DNA from: a virus
Lineage: Duplodnaviria; Caudoviricetes
Strand: one strand, 5' to 3'
Virus record (IMG/VR): IMGVR_UViG_3300035208_003134
Span: 33,891-97,890 of that record
Length of the DNA stretch: 64,000 nucleotides
The notes under the pieces were generated by a model that had not been told where the DNA came from, did no database searches, and saw only the letters and a list, made by a program, of their open reading frames with translations. Position 1 is the stretch's first letter. Each line of letters starts with the position of its first letter. Made by a program: the position numbers and the translations under genes. Positions 1 to 8,552 of the stretch are shown here, one piece after another.

Positions 1-6
1 CATAAA

Positions 7-405
7 GTGGAAATGGTTAGGCACCGGAGCCTGTTTGGAGATAATTATTGGTGGGGATGCCCGATGTTCCCAAAGTGCAGGATTACCTGTGCCGAGCACC
101 CCGACGGGCGATTGATGTCAACTCCGGCTGGGTTTGATTTGAAGCTCCTGCGAATGGGGGCACACGACCTCTTGGAGAAGAAGTTCGGCAGTTGGAGAGA
201 TAAGGCGGCCAAACAGAAGATGTACGCTTGGCTCAAGGAAAACTCTAAGACCGGTCATATAGGGTTGATGGATGAGGTGGAGGTTCAGGAGGTTATTGAC
301 AAATTGAAGGGTGAGCTTGGTCTAATTCCGGAGCGCAAGTCGCAAAGACCCGTTGTAGGTCAATGTGAGCCAAGCTTGCCCCCCAAAGGAGACGAGAATG
401 GATAG
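7..405 (+). CDS. Zinc-ribbon protein (zf-C4 topoisomerase-like / DUF3268-like)
   Basis: WGCPMFPKC zinc ribbon followed by the PA..LR..AH..Y.WL..HIG pattern typical of DUF3268 phage proteins; may be 5'-truncated. Confidence 0.55.
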   Translation: MEMVRHRSLFGDNYWWGCPMFPKCRITCAEHPDGRLMSTPAGFDLKLLRMGAHDLLEKKFGSWRDKAAKQKMYAWLKENSKTGHIGLMDEVEVQEVIDKLKGELGLIPERKSQRPVVGQCEPSLPPKGDENG

Positions 406-628
406 AGTGGTAATAACAAGGGAATATTTTGGACTTTTCTTTATGCAGGTTTGTGCGGTTAAGGATGTTACTGATGAGGAAATCTTGGAGGTCTGTAACA
501 GGTGCAACCCGTGTGGTACGAGTATGGGGTGGTGTGGTGTTATAAGGAAAAGACCGGAATATAAAGACCAAGAGCCGGTTCAATGTAGCAAGTACCCAGA
601 CCGGTTGCATTTTATGGTGAATTGTTAA
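398..628 (+). CDS. Hypothetical Cys-rich protein
   Basis: ORF with RBS-like GGAG upstream; closely packed with neighbours. Confidence 0.5.
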   Translation: MDRVVITREYFGLFFMQVCAVKDVTDEEILEVCNRCNPCGTSMGWCGVIRKRPEYKDQEPVQCSKYPDRLHFMVNC

Positions 629-829
629 TGGACGACGAATTTGTAAAGAAGACCTGCAAGCCTGGTACTGTTGATTGTTGCAGGTATTTAATAATGGACG
701 CTAATGGTTGGGGTTGTGCGAAACTAACATCGCTCAAAGCGCACTTGGACTTTAGGGTTAATGTCCTTGAGAATATTCGTGCCACAGGCGATAACTGCGA
801 TGGGATAGCCAACCCTAACTGCAAATAAA

Positions 830-1351
830 ATGAACTTTTTTACTGCTGATACGCATTTTAACCACGCAAACATAATCAAGTTTTGCCATAGACCGTTTGG
901 TGATGTCTTGGCTATGAATGAGACCCTGATAGATAATTGGAACAGGGTGGTCAAGCCGAGTGATACAGTCTATCATCTGGGGGATTTTGGGTTTGGTGAG
1001 TTCAAGTACATACTTGATAGCTTGAATGGCAGGATAATCCTGCTTCGGGGTAGCCACGACAAGGATACCTTGGTTTATGCAGATAGGTTTGAGAGGATAT
1101 CCAGTTTGTTAGAGATAGACTTGGGCGGTCACCACATTGTCTTGTGCCATTATTGCTTGCGTGTTTGGTCCCGGTCCCACTTCAATTCTTGGCATTTATA
1201 TGGGCACTCCCACGGCAGGCTTGAGCCAATCGGCAAGTCTTGGGATGTGGGCGTGGATAATAACAACTTTGCGCCGGTTTCTTATTACCAGATAGAGGAA
1301 ATTATGGCTAAGCGACCGGATAATTTTAATTTTATAAGGGAGCCAAAATGA
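830..1351 (+). CDS. Calcineurin-like metallophosphoesterase
   Basis: Motifs ADTHF, HLGDF, GSHD, CHY, GHSH. Confidence 0.9.
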   Translation: MNFFTADTHFNHANIIKFCHRPFGDVLAMNETLIDNWNRVVKPSDTVYHLGDFGFGEFKYILDSLNGRIILLRGSHDKDTLVYADRFERISSLLEIDLGGHHIVLCHYCLRVWSRSHFNSWHLYGHSHGRLEPIGKSWDVGVDNNNFAPVSYYQIEEIMAKRPDNFNFIREPK

Positions 1352-1688
1352 GTGAGACATTAGAAGAAAAGCGAAACAGGTTGGCGAAGTCAAGGTATGG
1401 TGAGAGCTACTATTGGCTCTGTTCTATGAGGCAGGACATTATTGATAAACTTGTAAGGATGGAAGAAGAAAATGGCTCGCAAGAAAAAGATTGATGATTA
1501 TAGAGAATACGAGATTAAGATATGTGTTCTGGAGTGCAAGCTTCTTAAGGCAAAGAAGAATTTATTGGAGAGGCTTAGAATTACTAAACAATATAGAGAG
1601 TTGACTCTTCAAGAGACTGAAATTGCCTTGTATTTAATAGCCGAGAATATTACTAACCAAAGGATTGGCATACCGCCAAGGAGAAAAA

Positions 1689-2576
1689 ATGCGAGAAAAA
1701 TTTAAGGAACGGAAGTTTACTGCGGAGAGCCAGAGGCTCTTGGGTATTATCTCGGATGTTCTTGATGATTATGTATCTCAAGGCTATGACCTGTCGCTCC
1801 GGCAGCTTTACTATCAGTTAGTGTCTAAAAATGTAATCCCCAACTCGGAGCGTAGCTATAAGAACATTGGAAGCCTCGTCAATGACGCGCGCTTAGCCGG
1901 TCTTATTGATTGGGATGTCATTAAAGACCGAGGCAGGGAAATGATACAGAGCGCTCATTGGGACAACCCTAAAGACATCCTGCTCTCCTGCTCCCAGCAG
2001 TTCAAGATTGACAAGTGGGACGCACAGCCCAACTATGTTGAGGTTATGGTTGAGAAGCAAGCTCTTGAGGGCGTACTCGTTCCGGTCTGCAGAGCCTTGG
2101 ATGTGCCGTTCTCTGCCAATAAGGGCTACTCTTCAGCCTCGGCTATGTATGAGGCGAGTAAGAGGTACTTGAGCAGGCGCGAGACCGGCAAGACTCTTTA
2201 TATTATTTACCTCGGCGACCACGACCCTTCAGGCATTGATATGACCAGGGATGTCGCCGAGCGTATGAACCTGTTCCTGCAGGAAGAGGACAGCGTGGAT
2301 GTCAACCGGATTGCTCTAAACATAGACCAAGTTCGGAAATTCAATCCACCGGAGAACCCTGCGAAGACTACGGATAGCCGGTCGGGGGAGTATATTCGCA
2401 AGTTTGGGGAGTCCTCTTGGGAGCTTGATGCCATAGAGCCAAAGAAGTTGGCAGAGCTTGTTACGAGAAATGTGCTTGCCCTGCGTGACGAGAAGCTATG
2501 GGCACAGGAAGTTAAGCGTGAGGAACAAATGATTAAGGAGCTCCGCAAATTTGCGGCCGACTCTAAGTTCCAATAA
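1689..2576 (+). CDS. Topo VI-A/Spo11-like wHTH + TOPRIM domain protein
   Basis: LRQLYYQLV wHTH; VEVMVEKQAL and LGDHDPSG TOPRIM motifs; WELDA C-terminal motif. Confidence 0.75.
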   Translation: MREKFKERKFTAESQRLLGIISDVLDDYVSQGYDLSLRQLYYQLVSKNVIPNSERSYKNIGSLVNDARLAGLIDWDVIKDRGREMIQSAHWDNPKDILLSCSQQFKIDKWDAQPNYVEVMVEKQALEGVLVPVCRALDVPFSANKGYSSASAMYEASKRYLSRRETGKTLYIIYLGDHDPSGIDMTRDVAERMNLFLQEEDSVDVNRIALNIDQVRKFNPPENPAKTTDSRSGEYIRKFGESSWELDAIEPKKLAELVTRNVLALRDEKLWAQEVKREEQMIKELRKFAADSKFQ

Positions 2577-2774
2577 ATATGAAATACTTATATGAAGTAA
2601 TTGTAAAACAATCAAACAGGGCAGAACCTTATAGCTTTGGTAATTATGCAAAGAAAAAAGACGCACAAAGTATGAAGAGGGTTTTTATTGCGGTATGGAA
2701 AACGGGCTTTCTTTTTCTTGCTTATAAGGTTAAATGTAAAGTGTCAATAAAACGAAGTAAGGTTTACAACGGGC

Positions 2775-2966
2775 AAGGCTAAGATGGACACACGTGGTGT
2801 TCGTCTTGGATGGCACGGTTAGCCGAACCAGATTGGGGTCGTGAAGCCGTGGTGGGTAGCGCGTGGTTGACCAGAGCCTTACTTCTACTGGTGGGGATTT
2901 GATGACGGAGCGTAAACCCTATGATACCATCGCAGAACGGGAAAACCAGCCAATCCCCCTGCCAGT
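2775..2966 (+). ncRNA. Putative structured intergenic RNA
   Basis: Several stems with G-U pairs valid on the + strand: 2780-2791/2797-2808, 2814-2820/2845-2851, 2775-2780/2875-2880, and ACTGGTGGGGATT...AATCCCCCTGCCAGT. Confidence 0.4.
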
Positions 2967-3134
2967 TAAATAAAGGAGACTGAAATGAGCATTAAAGTTC
3001 AAGACGCTTTGTATCACCTGCTATTTAAGGAGTATGAAGCGGAATTTGAGGTGATTGATGGTGAGCGTAAGCACCCTAAAGGTTGGGTGTTTCAAGAATG
3101 GCTTCAGCATAAAAACCTTTATCAAAGCCCATAA

Positions 3135-3182
3135 ATATGACCTACCGAACTACTTGACAAATTGAAAAAGCTGTGGTAAAAT
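3135..3182 (+). promoter_or_regulatory. Sigma70-type promoter with conserved upstream GAACTAC element (copy 1)
   Basis: TTGACA 3154-3159, 17-nt spacer ending TGTGG, TAAAAT 3177-3182; upstream ATATGACCTACCGAACTAC. Confidence 0.8.
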
Positions 3183-3322
3183 GGAATTTTTGAGGGAGGT
3201 GTGTGCGGATGTGTGCGGGGGTCTTGAGGAAGTTCGTGAGTTTTGGCGTGTCTCACCAAGCAAGCCTACCCACAATAAACCAGTTTAAATGCGCGCCAAA
3301 GTAAAGGAGATGGAAGCCGAAT

Positions 3323-3538
3323 ATGAAACACAAAATCTTTAAGAAGCAAGGTCAGAAAATCATTGAGAAGTACCTCACCGAGCGTCAAATCAAAATGCTA
3401 CAAAATCGCAGGAAGGTTTGGTTTCAAGTCAACGGGACTCTTGTTATCTTGCAACCCAAGGCTAAGAACCAAAAGCTACTCAACAAGATTGAGAAATACA
3501 AGCAGAAGATTGAAGAATTAAAGTCAAAGGTGAAGTAG
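3323..3538 (+). CDS. Small basic hypothetical protein
   Basis: First ORF after promoter 1; Lys-rich. Confidence 0.55.
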   Translation: MKHKIFKKQGQKIIEKYLTERQIKMLQNRRKVWFQVNGTLVILQPKAKNQKLLNKIEKYKQKIEELKSKVK

Positions 3539-3564
3539 GTACAACTAAGGAAAGGGAGGGAACC

Positions 3565-4608
3565 GTGGCAAAAAGGTACACAGTAATTAACAATGGGGAA
3601 GTGTTGTTTGGTCCGGAGACTGATTTTGCTAAAGTTAAGACTTTTACCGACAGTCTTAATCCGGCAATCAAGTCCAAATGTAATGTGAAGGTAGAAACAA
3701 TAGCTGAACCGGCTAAGGAAACCGGTGCGGCGGCAGTAGAGCACAAAGAAGAGCCTGCTGTCAAGGAAACGGTAAGCGCAAAAGTTACGGCTAATAAAGA
3801 GGAAAAACCGAAGGCTCCGGGACCGGCTGACGCAGACGCAGTGTTTGGTTCTTTCCTTGAAGGTGGCGGCCAGAGTGACTTTTGGAAGCCAAAAGACGGC
3901 AGGAATATTATCCGTATCTTACCTATTGGCGGTGTGTTGCCTTCAGATTGGGTTACTCCTTACCCGTTCGTGTTGGGTGGGGTGCACTCCAATGTCGGGC
4001 TCTCGTTGAGAGACACGGTGTACTGCGCGCGGTTGACCCATAACAAGGCGTGCCCTATTTGCAATTTCGTCTTTCAGCTTTACAACACCAAAGACGACAA
4101 CGATATCAAGCTCGCCAAGCGTATTAAAGGCTACACCAGCATCATTTCAAACATCATTGACTTGTCGGACATAGAAAAAGGAGTTCAGAAGTATGCGTTC
4201 GGCAAGACTCTGGCTCGTAAAATCAAGTCGTATATGGATGATGAGGAGTTCAAGCCTCTTCTTGACCCTGAACGCGGTCACAATATGATTATCATAAAGA
4301 AGACGGTGGACGGTTATCCAAATTATGACGACTCACGCCCAGAAGTCAAGACTTCTTCACTCACTCAACTCTATGCGAAATGGAGAGAGGAAGCCTACGA
4401 TTTAAAGAAAGAGATTAAAGAGAAGAGCTACGACGAGTTAATTAAGATACTCGCCGATACCAAAAAAGCCATTCTCTCAACTTCTCCGGAAGATTTAGGA
4501 GAGGGCAGACCTGCCCGCGCACATAGCGCAGCACCTGCCACCGAAGAAGGGGCTGTAGTTGAAGAAGTATCTATTGACGAATTAAACGAAAAACTTGACA
4601 AAATCTAA
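3565..4608 (+). CDS. Single-stranded DNA-binding protein, T4 gp32-like
   Basis: FWKPKDGRNIIRILP, H..C..CPIC zinc site, YPNYDDS, acidic C-terminal tail; strong RBS. Confidence 0.8.
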   Translation: MAKRYTVINNGEVLFGPETDFAKVKTFTDSLNPAIKSKCNVKVETIAEPAKETGAAAVEHKEEPAVKETVSAKVTANKEEKPKAPGPADADAVFGSFLEGGGQSDFWKPKDGRNIIRILPIGGVLPSDWVTPYPFVLGGVHSNVGLSLRDTVYCARLTHNKACPICNFVFQLYNTKDDNDIKLAKRIKGYTSIISNIIDLSDIEKGVQKYAFGKTLARKIKSYMDDEEFKPLLDPERGHNMIIIKKTVDGYPNYDDSRPEVKTSSLTQLYAKWREEAYDLKKEIKEKSYDELIKILADTKKAILSTSPEDLGEGRPARAHSAAPATEEGAVVEEVSIDELNEKLDKI

Positions 4609-4617
4609 GTAATACTC

Positions 4618-4701
4618 GTCGGGGGTTGGAGAATGCTAAGGGGCAGGTGAAGTCCTGTAAAAAGCGGTTACGCTACCTCAAGACCAAAGCCAACTCCCGA
4701 C
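4618..4701 (+). ncRNA. Putative structured RNA element (closing stem plus multi-hairpin junction)
   Basis: 12-bp stem GTCGGGGGTTGG/CCAACTCCCGAC enclosing hairpins GCAGG-TGAAGT-CCTGT and AGCG-GTTA-CGCT. Confidence 0.45.
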
Positions 4702-4725
4702 CCGTTTTCATAAAGGGTCATTGTA

Positions 4726-5598
4726 ATGGAGACACTGCCGGTTAGGTACAACTCAACAAGGACAACGATGTCGGCTTGTTGCCCTTTTTGCATAGACGCA
4801 GGCAAGACCAAGGATACCAAGTACCACTTATACATTGTCCCTGGCAAGTTCGTCTTCTGCTTCAGGTGTGATTACAAGATAAGCTATTCAAGGTTCATAG
4901 AGCGTTTCAGGATTGACTCTTCAGGTCTTAAGACCTCCGCAACTGTAGAAGCACCGGTCAAGCCCCCCGATACATTCCAAAATCTACTAAAGAAATATAC
5001 TCAAGATTACAATGACGGCATTTATTCCGAGGCCGCATTGAACTATCTACATAAAAGGAAAGTTACCGACAAGTTGATTAAAGACTTGAATATCAAGCTC
5101 GGTGTGGACAAGCTCTTTGGTAGGGTGGTGTTCATTGACGAGCTCAATAATTACTTCTTGGCGCGCTCTTTCCTGCCTTTCGTAGAACCCAAGACCTTGA
5201 ACCCCGTGGGCTCTGCTTCATTGAGACCCTTTATGTATTTTAAGAAGAAGGACTACAATGCTTTGTACTTGGTTGAGGGGTGCTTTGACGCAATTCCTTA
5301 CTTCAAGACCGGCAGGGATGTTGCGGTGCTATTGGGTAAGGATGTCTCACAGTACCAACTGAAGCAGCTCGCATCAGTCAAGGTTGACAATTTGATAATT
5401 TCTCTTGATGTGGATGCTTTTGACAGTGCTAAGAAGTTGGTCGCACAGATTGCGGCTAAGTTGCCATTGACTACCATTGGTATATTGATGTATGATGACC
5501 GGTCGGGCAAAGACCCATCAGATTATGATATTGAATTGTTTTTTAAGACTTCTATTCATTGGGTAAGGATTATGGGGGACTCTTATGAAGGACTATAA
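4726..5598 (+). CDS. DNA primase (Zn finger + TOPRIM)
   Basis: CPFC...H...CFRC zinc finger; LVEGCFDA, SLDVDA, KDP motifs. Confidence 0.85.
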   Translation: METLPVRYNSTRTTMSACCPFCIDAGKTKDTKYHLYIVPGKFVFCFRCDYKISYSRFIERFRIDSSGLKTSATVEAPVKPPDTFQNLLKKYTQDYNDGIYSEAALNYLHKRKVTDKLIKDLNIKLGVDKLFGRVVFIDELNNYFLARSFLPFVEPKTLNPVGSASLRPFMYFKKKDYNALYLVEGCFDAIPYFKTGRDVAVLLGKDVSQYQLKQLASVKVDNLIISLDVDAFDSAKKLVAQIAAKLPLTTIGILMYDDRSGKDPSDYDIELFFKTSIHWVRIMGDSYEGL

Positions 5599-6850
5599 AC
5601 TTGAGCCCTATCAAAAGGAAGCAGTCAAGTTTGCGTTGAACCGTCATAAGTCGGCGCTATTGCTTCCCACCGGTGCTGGCAAGACCATTTGCTCGCTCCT
5701 GTACCTTAAAGTCTTAGACAAGCCCGCGGTAATCATAGCTCCTGCCCCAATAATCAACAAGAGGGTTTGGCAGGAAGAAAATGCCAAGTTTGGGGTTGGC
5801 GTGGATATAACAACCGATTGTAGGACATATGGCAAGGTCTTGCTTGTCTCTTACGATTGGGTGAAGAACAATGTTGAGGCATTGGCTGATTATCAGGTCA
5901 TAGTCCTTGACGAGGCTCACTGTATAGCCGACACCGAGACCGAGCGCTACAAGAACCTCTCCGAAGTAATTAAAGCCAAAGAAAGGGTGCTCCTGCTCGC
6001 AGGCTACCCTGTGGAGAACAAAATGAACGAGATTTATATGCTCTCGCTCATTACGGACGCCTTGGGCTCAAATTACTTTTCCTTCCTCTACCGGCACTTC
6101 ACTGTAATCAAACACCACAACCACATAATCCGGACAATCCCTAAGAAGGGCTCGTTTGAGCAGATACTTGAGAAGATTAAGGATGTGGTCTATATAGTGG
6201 ATAAGGAAAAGGTTGTACCCAAGAGCGTTAAGAAGGAGACCTTAATACTTAGGTACAAGCTTAGCGACTATCAGCGCGGTATGATTAATGCCCTGCAGGA
6301 GTTTGGCGAGTACCAAGACGAGAGGGTGCACATTGTGGTCAAGAACCAGCTGGCTGCTTACTCTAAGATTATGCAAATAGTGGATAACTTCGTGTATGTT
6401 CCGGACACCACCAAGACCTCCAAGATTATTGACGAGGACGAAAAGATACCTGTGTTTCCGGTGTATTTTGACGACCCGAACCCCAAAGTTGAGGCTCTGC
6501 GCGGTGCATTGAAGGGCAAGAGCAATTACCTGTTGTGGTTTATGTTTGACACCGGCTATGAAATGTTATCAGATTTTAGTGGCAATGGCAGGCTCTGCAA
6601 AATGCAGACCGACAGCCGTGGCTTGAACTTGCAGGCTTACGATTTTGCCATTTGGTTTGATGTTCCGTTGAGCGGCGGAATGTTCTTGCAGGGCGTTGAC
6701 CGGCTTCACCGTATGGGCAGGACTAAGGATGTCATTTCCGTGGTCTTGATACCCGAAGGGGAGTTTGGGACCAGGCTCTTACAGATGTTGGATGGCAAGC
6801 AAAAGCTTACTAAGAAGTTTATTAAGGGATTGCTTAGCGTGAAAGTTTAG
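5585..6850 (+). CDS. SF2 (SNF2-like) helicase
   Basis: PTGAGKT Walker A, DEAH, RGLNLQ, Q..DRLHRMG motif VI. Confidence 0.85.
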   Translation: MKDYKLEPYQKEAVKFALNRHKSALLLPTGAGKTICSLLYLKVLDKPAVIIAPAPIINKRVWQEENAKFGVGVDITTDCRTYGKVLLVSYDWVKNNVEALADYQVIVLDEAHCIADTETERYKNLSEVIKAKERVLLLAGYPVENKMNEIYMLSLITDALGSNYFSFLYRHFTVIKHHNHIIRTIPKKGSFEQILEKIKDVVYIVDKEKVVPKSVKKETLILRYKLSDYQRGMINALQEFGEYQDERVHIVVKNQLAAYSKIMQIVDNFVYVPDTTKTSKIIDEDEKIPVFPVYFDDPNPKVEALRGALKGKSNYLLWFMFDTGYEMLSDFSGNGRLCKMQTDSRGLNLQAYDFAIWFDVPLSGGMFLQGVDRLHRMGRTKDVISVVLIPEGEFGTRLLQMLDGKQKLTKKFIKGLLSVKV

Positions 6851-6851
6851 T

Positions 6852-7070
6852 ATGCCTGTTGTGTATAAGTATATGATATTTGAATTAGTTGAGAAGAAGC
6901 CTAAGACCACGGTGTGGCGGATTATAAATAAGTGTTCTGGGTGTACAATAGGTACGATTAAATGGTATGGGCAGTGGAGACAGTATTGCTTCTTCCCTGC
7001 TCAAGATTGTGTGTTCAGTAGTGGCTGTCTTAGTGATATAATTGACTTTATGAAGGGATTGAGGATATGA
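6852..7070 (+). CDS. Hypothetical phage protein
   Basis: GTIKWYGQWRQYCFFP motif typical of small phage proteins. Confidence 0.55.
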   Translation: MPVVYKYMIFELVEKKPKTTVWRIINKCSGCTIGTIKWYGQWRQYCFFPAQDCVFSSGCLSDIIDFMKGLRI

Positions 7071-7213
7071 AATCGGTAATCTGCTATGACGGTATGAGGT
7101 ATGAAGTTGAGACAGAGACAGTCACGGAAAAGAATGAAAAGGGCGAAATAACTGCCTTCATTGAGAAAAGTGTTGTAACCGGCTCTTCCCCTATTAAGGA
7201 TAACAAAAAATAA

Positions 7214-8479
7214 ATGGCTTCTACGACCGACATCTATGAATTACAACTGCTTTCTGCAGTAGTTAAAGATACAGAAATATTTCAAAAGGTACTTGGGGTC
7301 GCCGACGCAAAGCTCTTCTCCTCTACGCTGTCAGCCGAAGTCTATGACCTAATTAGGGAGTTTTATCAAGAATACAACCGAGTACCAACCCACCCAGAAC
7401 TGCTTCACCTTTACAAGCGCGACCGTAATGTCTCGGACGACCAAACAATCATTGGCTTTCTGAATGCTATCTACACCCAAACAGTTGACACTGTCTTTGT
7501 CCTAAACGAGCTCCGTAGGTATGTGAAGCTTAGACGCCTTGAGAATATCTTTATGGCTTCCTATGAGAAGGTTAAGGGCGGGTCGGATGTGGATGTTTCA
7601 GCCATAGTCACGGACATCTTCAAGGTGCAAATGAGTGCTCTACAAGACCAGCATCTGTATGGGGTAGGCATTGACGAGTCAGAGCATATAATGAAATTGG
7701 GGGAGACCAGACACCACATACCTACCAATATAGGGTTCTTGAACGAGACCTTGGGCGGTGGCTTAGCTGGCGGTCAACTTGGGGTAATCCTTGCACCCCC
7801 TAACTACGGCAAGACTATGACACTCCTAAATTTTGCCCTGTACTCTTGGATGAAGAGGCACAATGTCCTGTTCGTGACCCTTGAAATGCCGGAGTTCTCA
7901 ATCTTGAAGCGCGTGATGTTCCTGTTGTCCGGAGCACTCAATATGCAGATTGATTACAATTCTATCGGGAAACTTGCCAAGGCTGTGGACAAGAAATTTC
8001 AGATTTTCTACCGACCGGTCAAGTCAATCACGGTTGATTACCTGTACTCGGTAGTACATCAGGCCGCTGCGGATGGCATAAAGTTTGACCAAGTCTTCAT
8101 TGACTACTCCGACCTCTTGGCTTCAACTAACAAGCAGAAGGAAAAGCGCTTTGAGTTGGCGGATATCTTTACCTCGTTGAAGGCTTTCGCGCAGGTCTTG
8201 GACATTCCGGTTTGGTCGGCAACCCAATCAAATAGGGAAGGACTGCGTGCCGAGACCGTGGATATGAGCCATATGAGCGAGAGCATTGACAAAGCCTTTA
8301 TTTCCGATGTAGTACTGTCATTGTCCGACAAGATTGAAGCCGACCGAGTGAGCAAGTTCTTCCTTACTAAGCACCGCGAAGGCAAGAGCGATGTCTATAT
8401 TGATATGTATGTGAATTCCAAGATGTGGATAGCTGACGCTGACAAGGCTAACGATATCAGCATTGACAAAATAGGGTAA
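7214..8479 (+). CDS. dnaB: Replicative DnaB-like helicase
   Basis: APPNYGKT, TLEM, FIDYSD, ATQSNR, KHREG motifs. Confidence 0.9.
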   Translation: MASTTDIYELQLLSAVVKDTEIFQKVLGVADAKLFSSTLSAEVYDLIREFYQEYNRVPTHPELLHLYKRDRNVSDDQTIIGFLNAIYTQTVDTVFVLNELRRYVKLRRLENIFMASYEKVKGGSDVDVSAIVTDIFKVQMSALQDQHLYGVGIDESEHIMKLGETRHHIPTNIGFLNETLGGGLAGGQLGVILAPPNYGKTMTLLNFALYSWMKRHNVLFVTLEMPEFSILKRVMFLLSGALNMQIDYNSIGKLAKAVDKKFQIFYRPVKSITVDYLYSVVHQAAADGIKFDQVFIDYSDLLASTNKQKEKRFELADIFTSLKAFAQVLDIPVWSATQSNREGLRAETVDMSHMSESIDKAFISDVVLSLSDKIEADRVSKFFLTKHREGKSDVYIDMYVNSKMWIADADKANDISIDKIG

Positions 8480-8527
8480 ATGTAATCCATTGAACTACTT
8501 GCAAAGCTTGCAAATTTGTGGTATAAT
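8480..8527 (+). promoter_or_regulatory. Sigma70-type promoter with conserved upstream GAACTAC element (copy 2)
   Basis: ATGTAATCCATTGAACTAC, TTGCAA 8499-8504, 17-nt spacer ending TGTGG, TATAAT 8522-8527. Confidence 0.8.
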
Positions 8528-8552
8528 AAAAGTTTTTAAGAGGTGAGCACAG

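Noticed and set aside
4618-4701. FMN riboswitch or tRNA, suggested by GGGGCAGGTGAAGTCC
   Set aside because: The rest of the FMN aptamer and a tRNA cloverleaf with CCA are absent; kept only as an unclassified structure.
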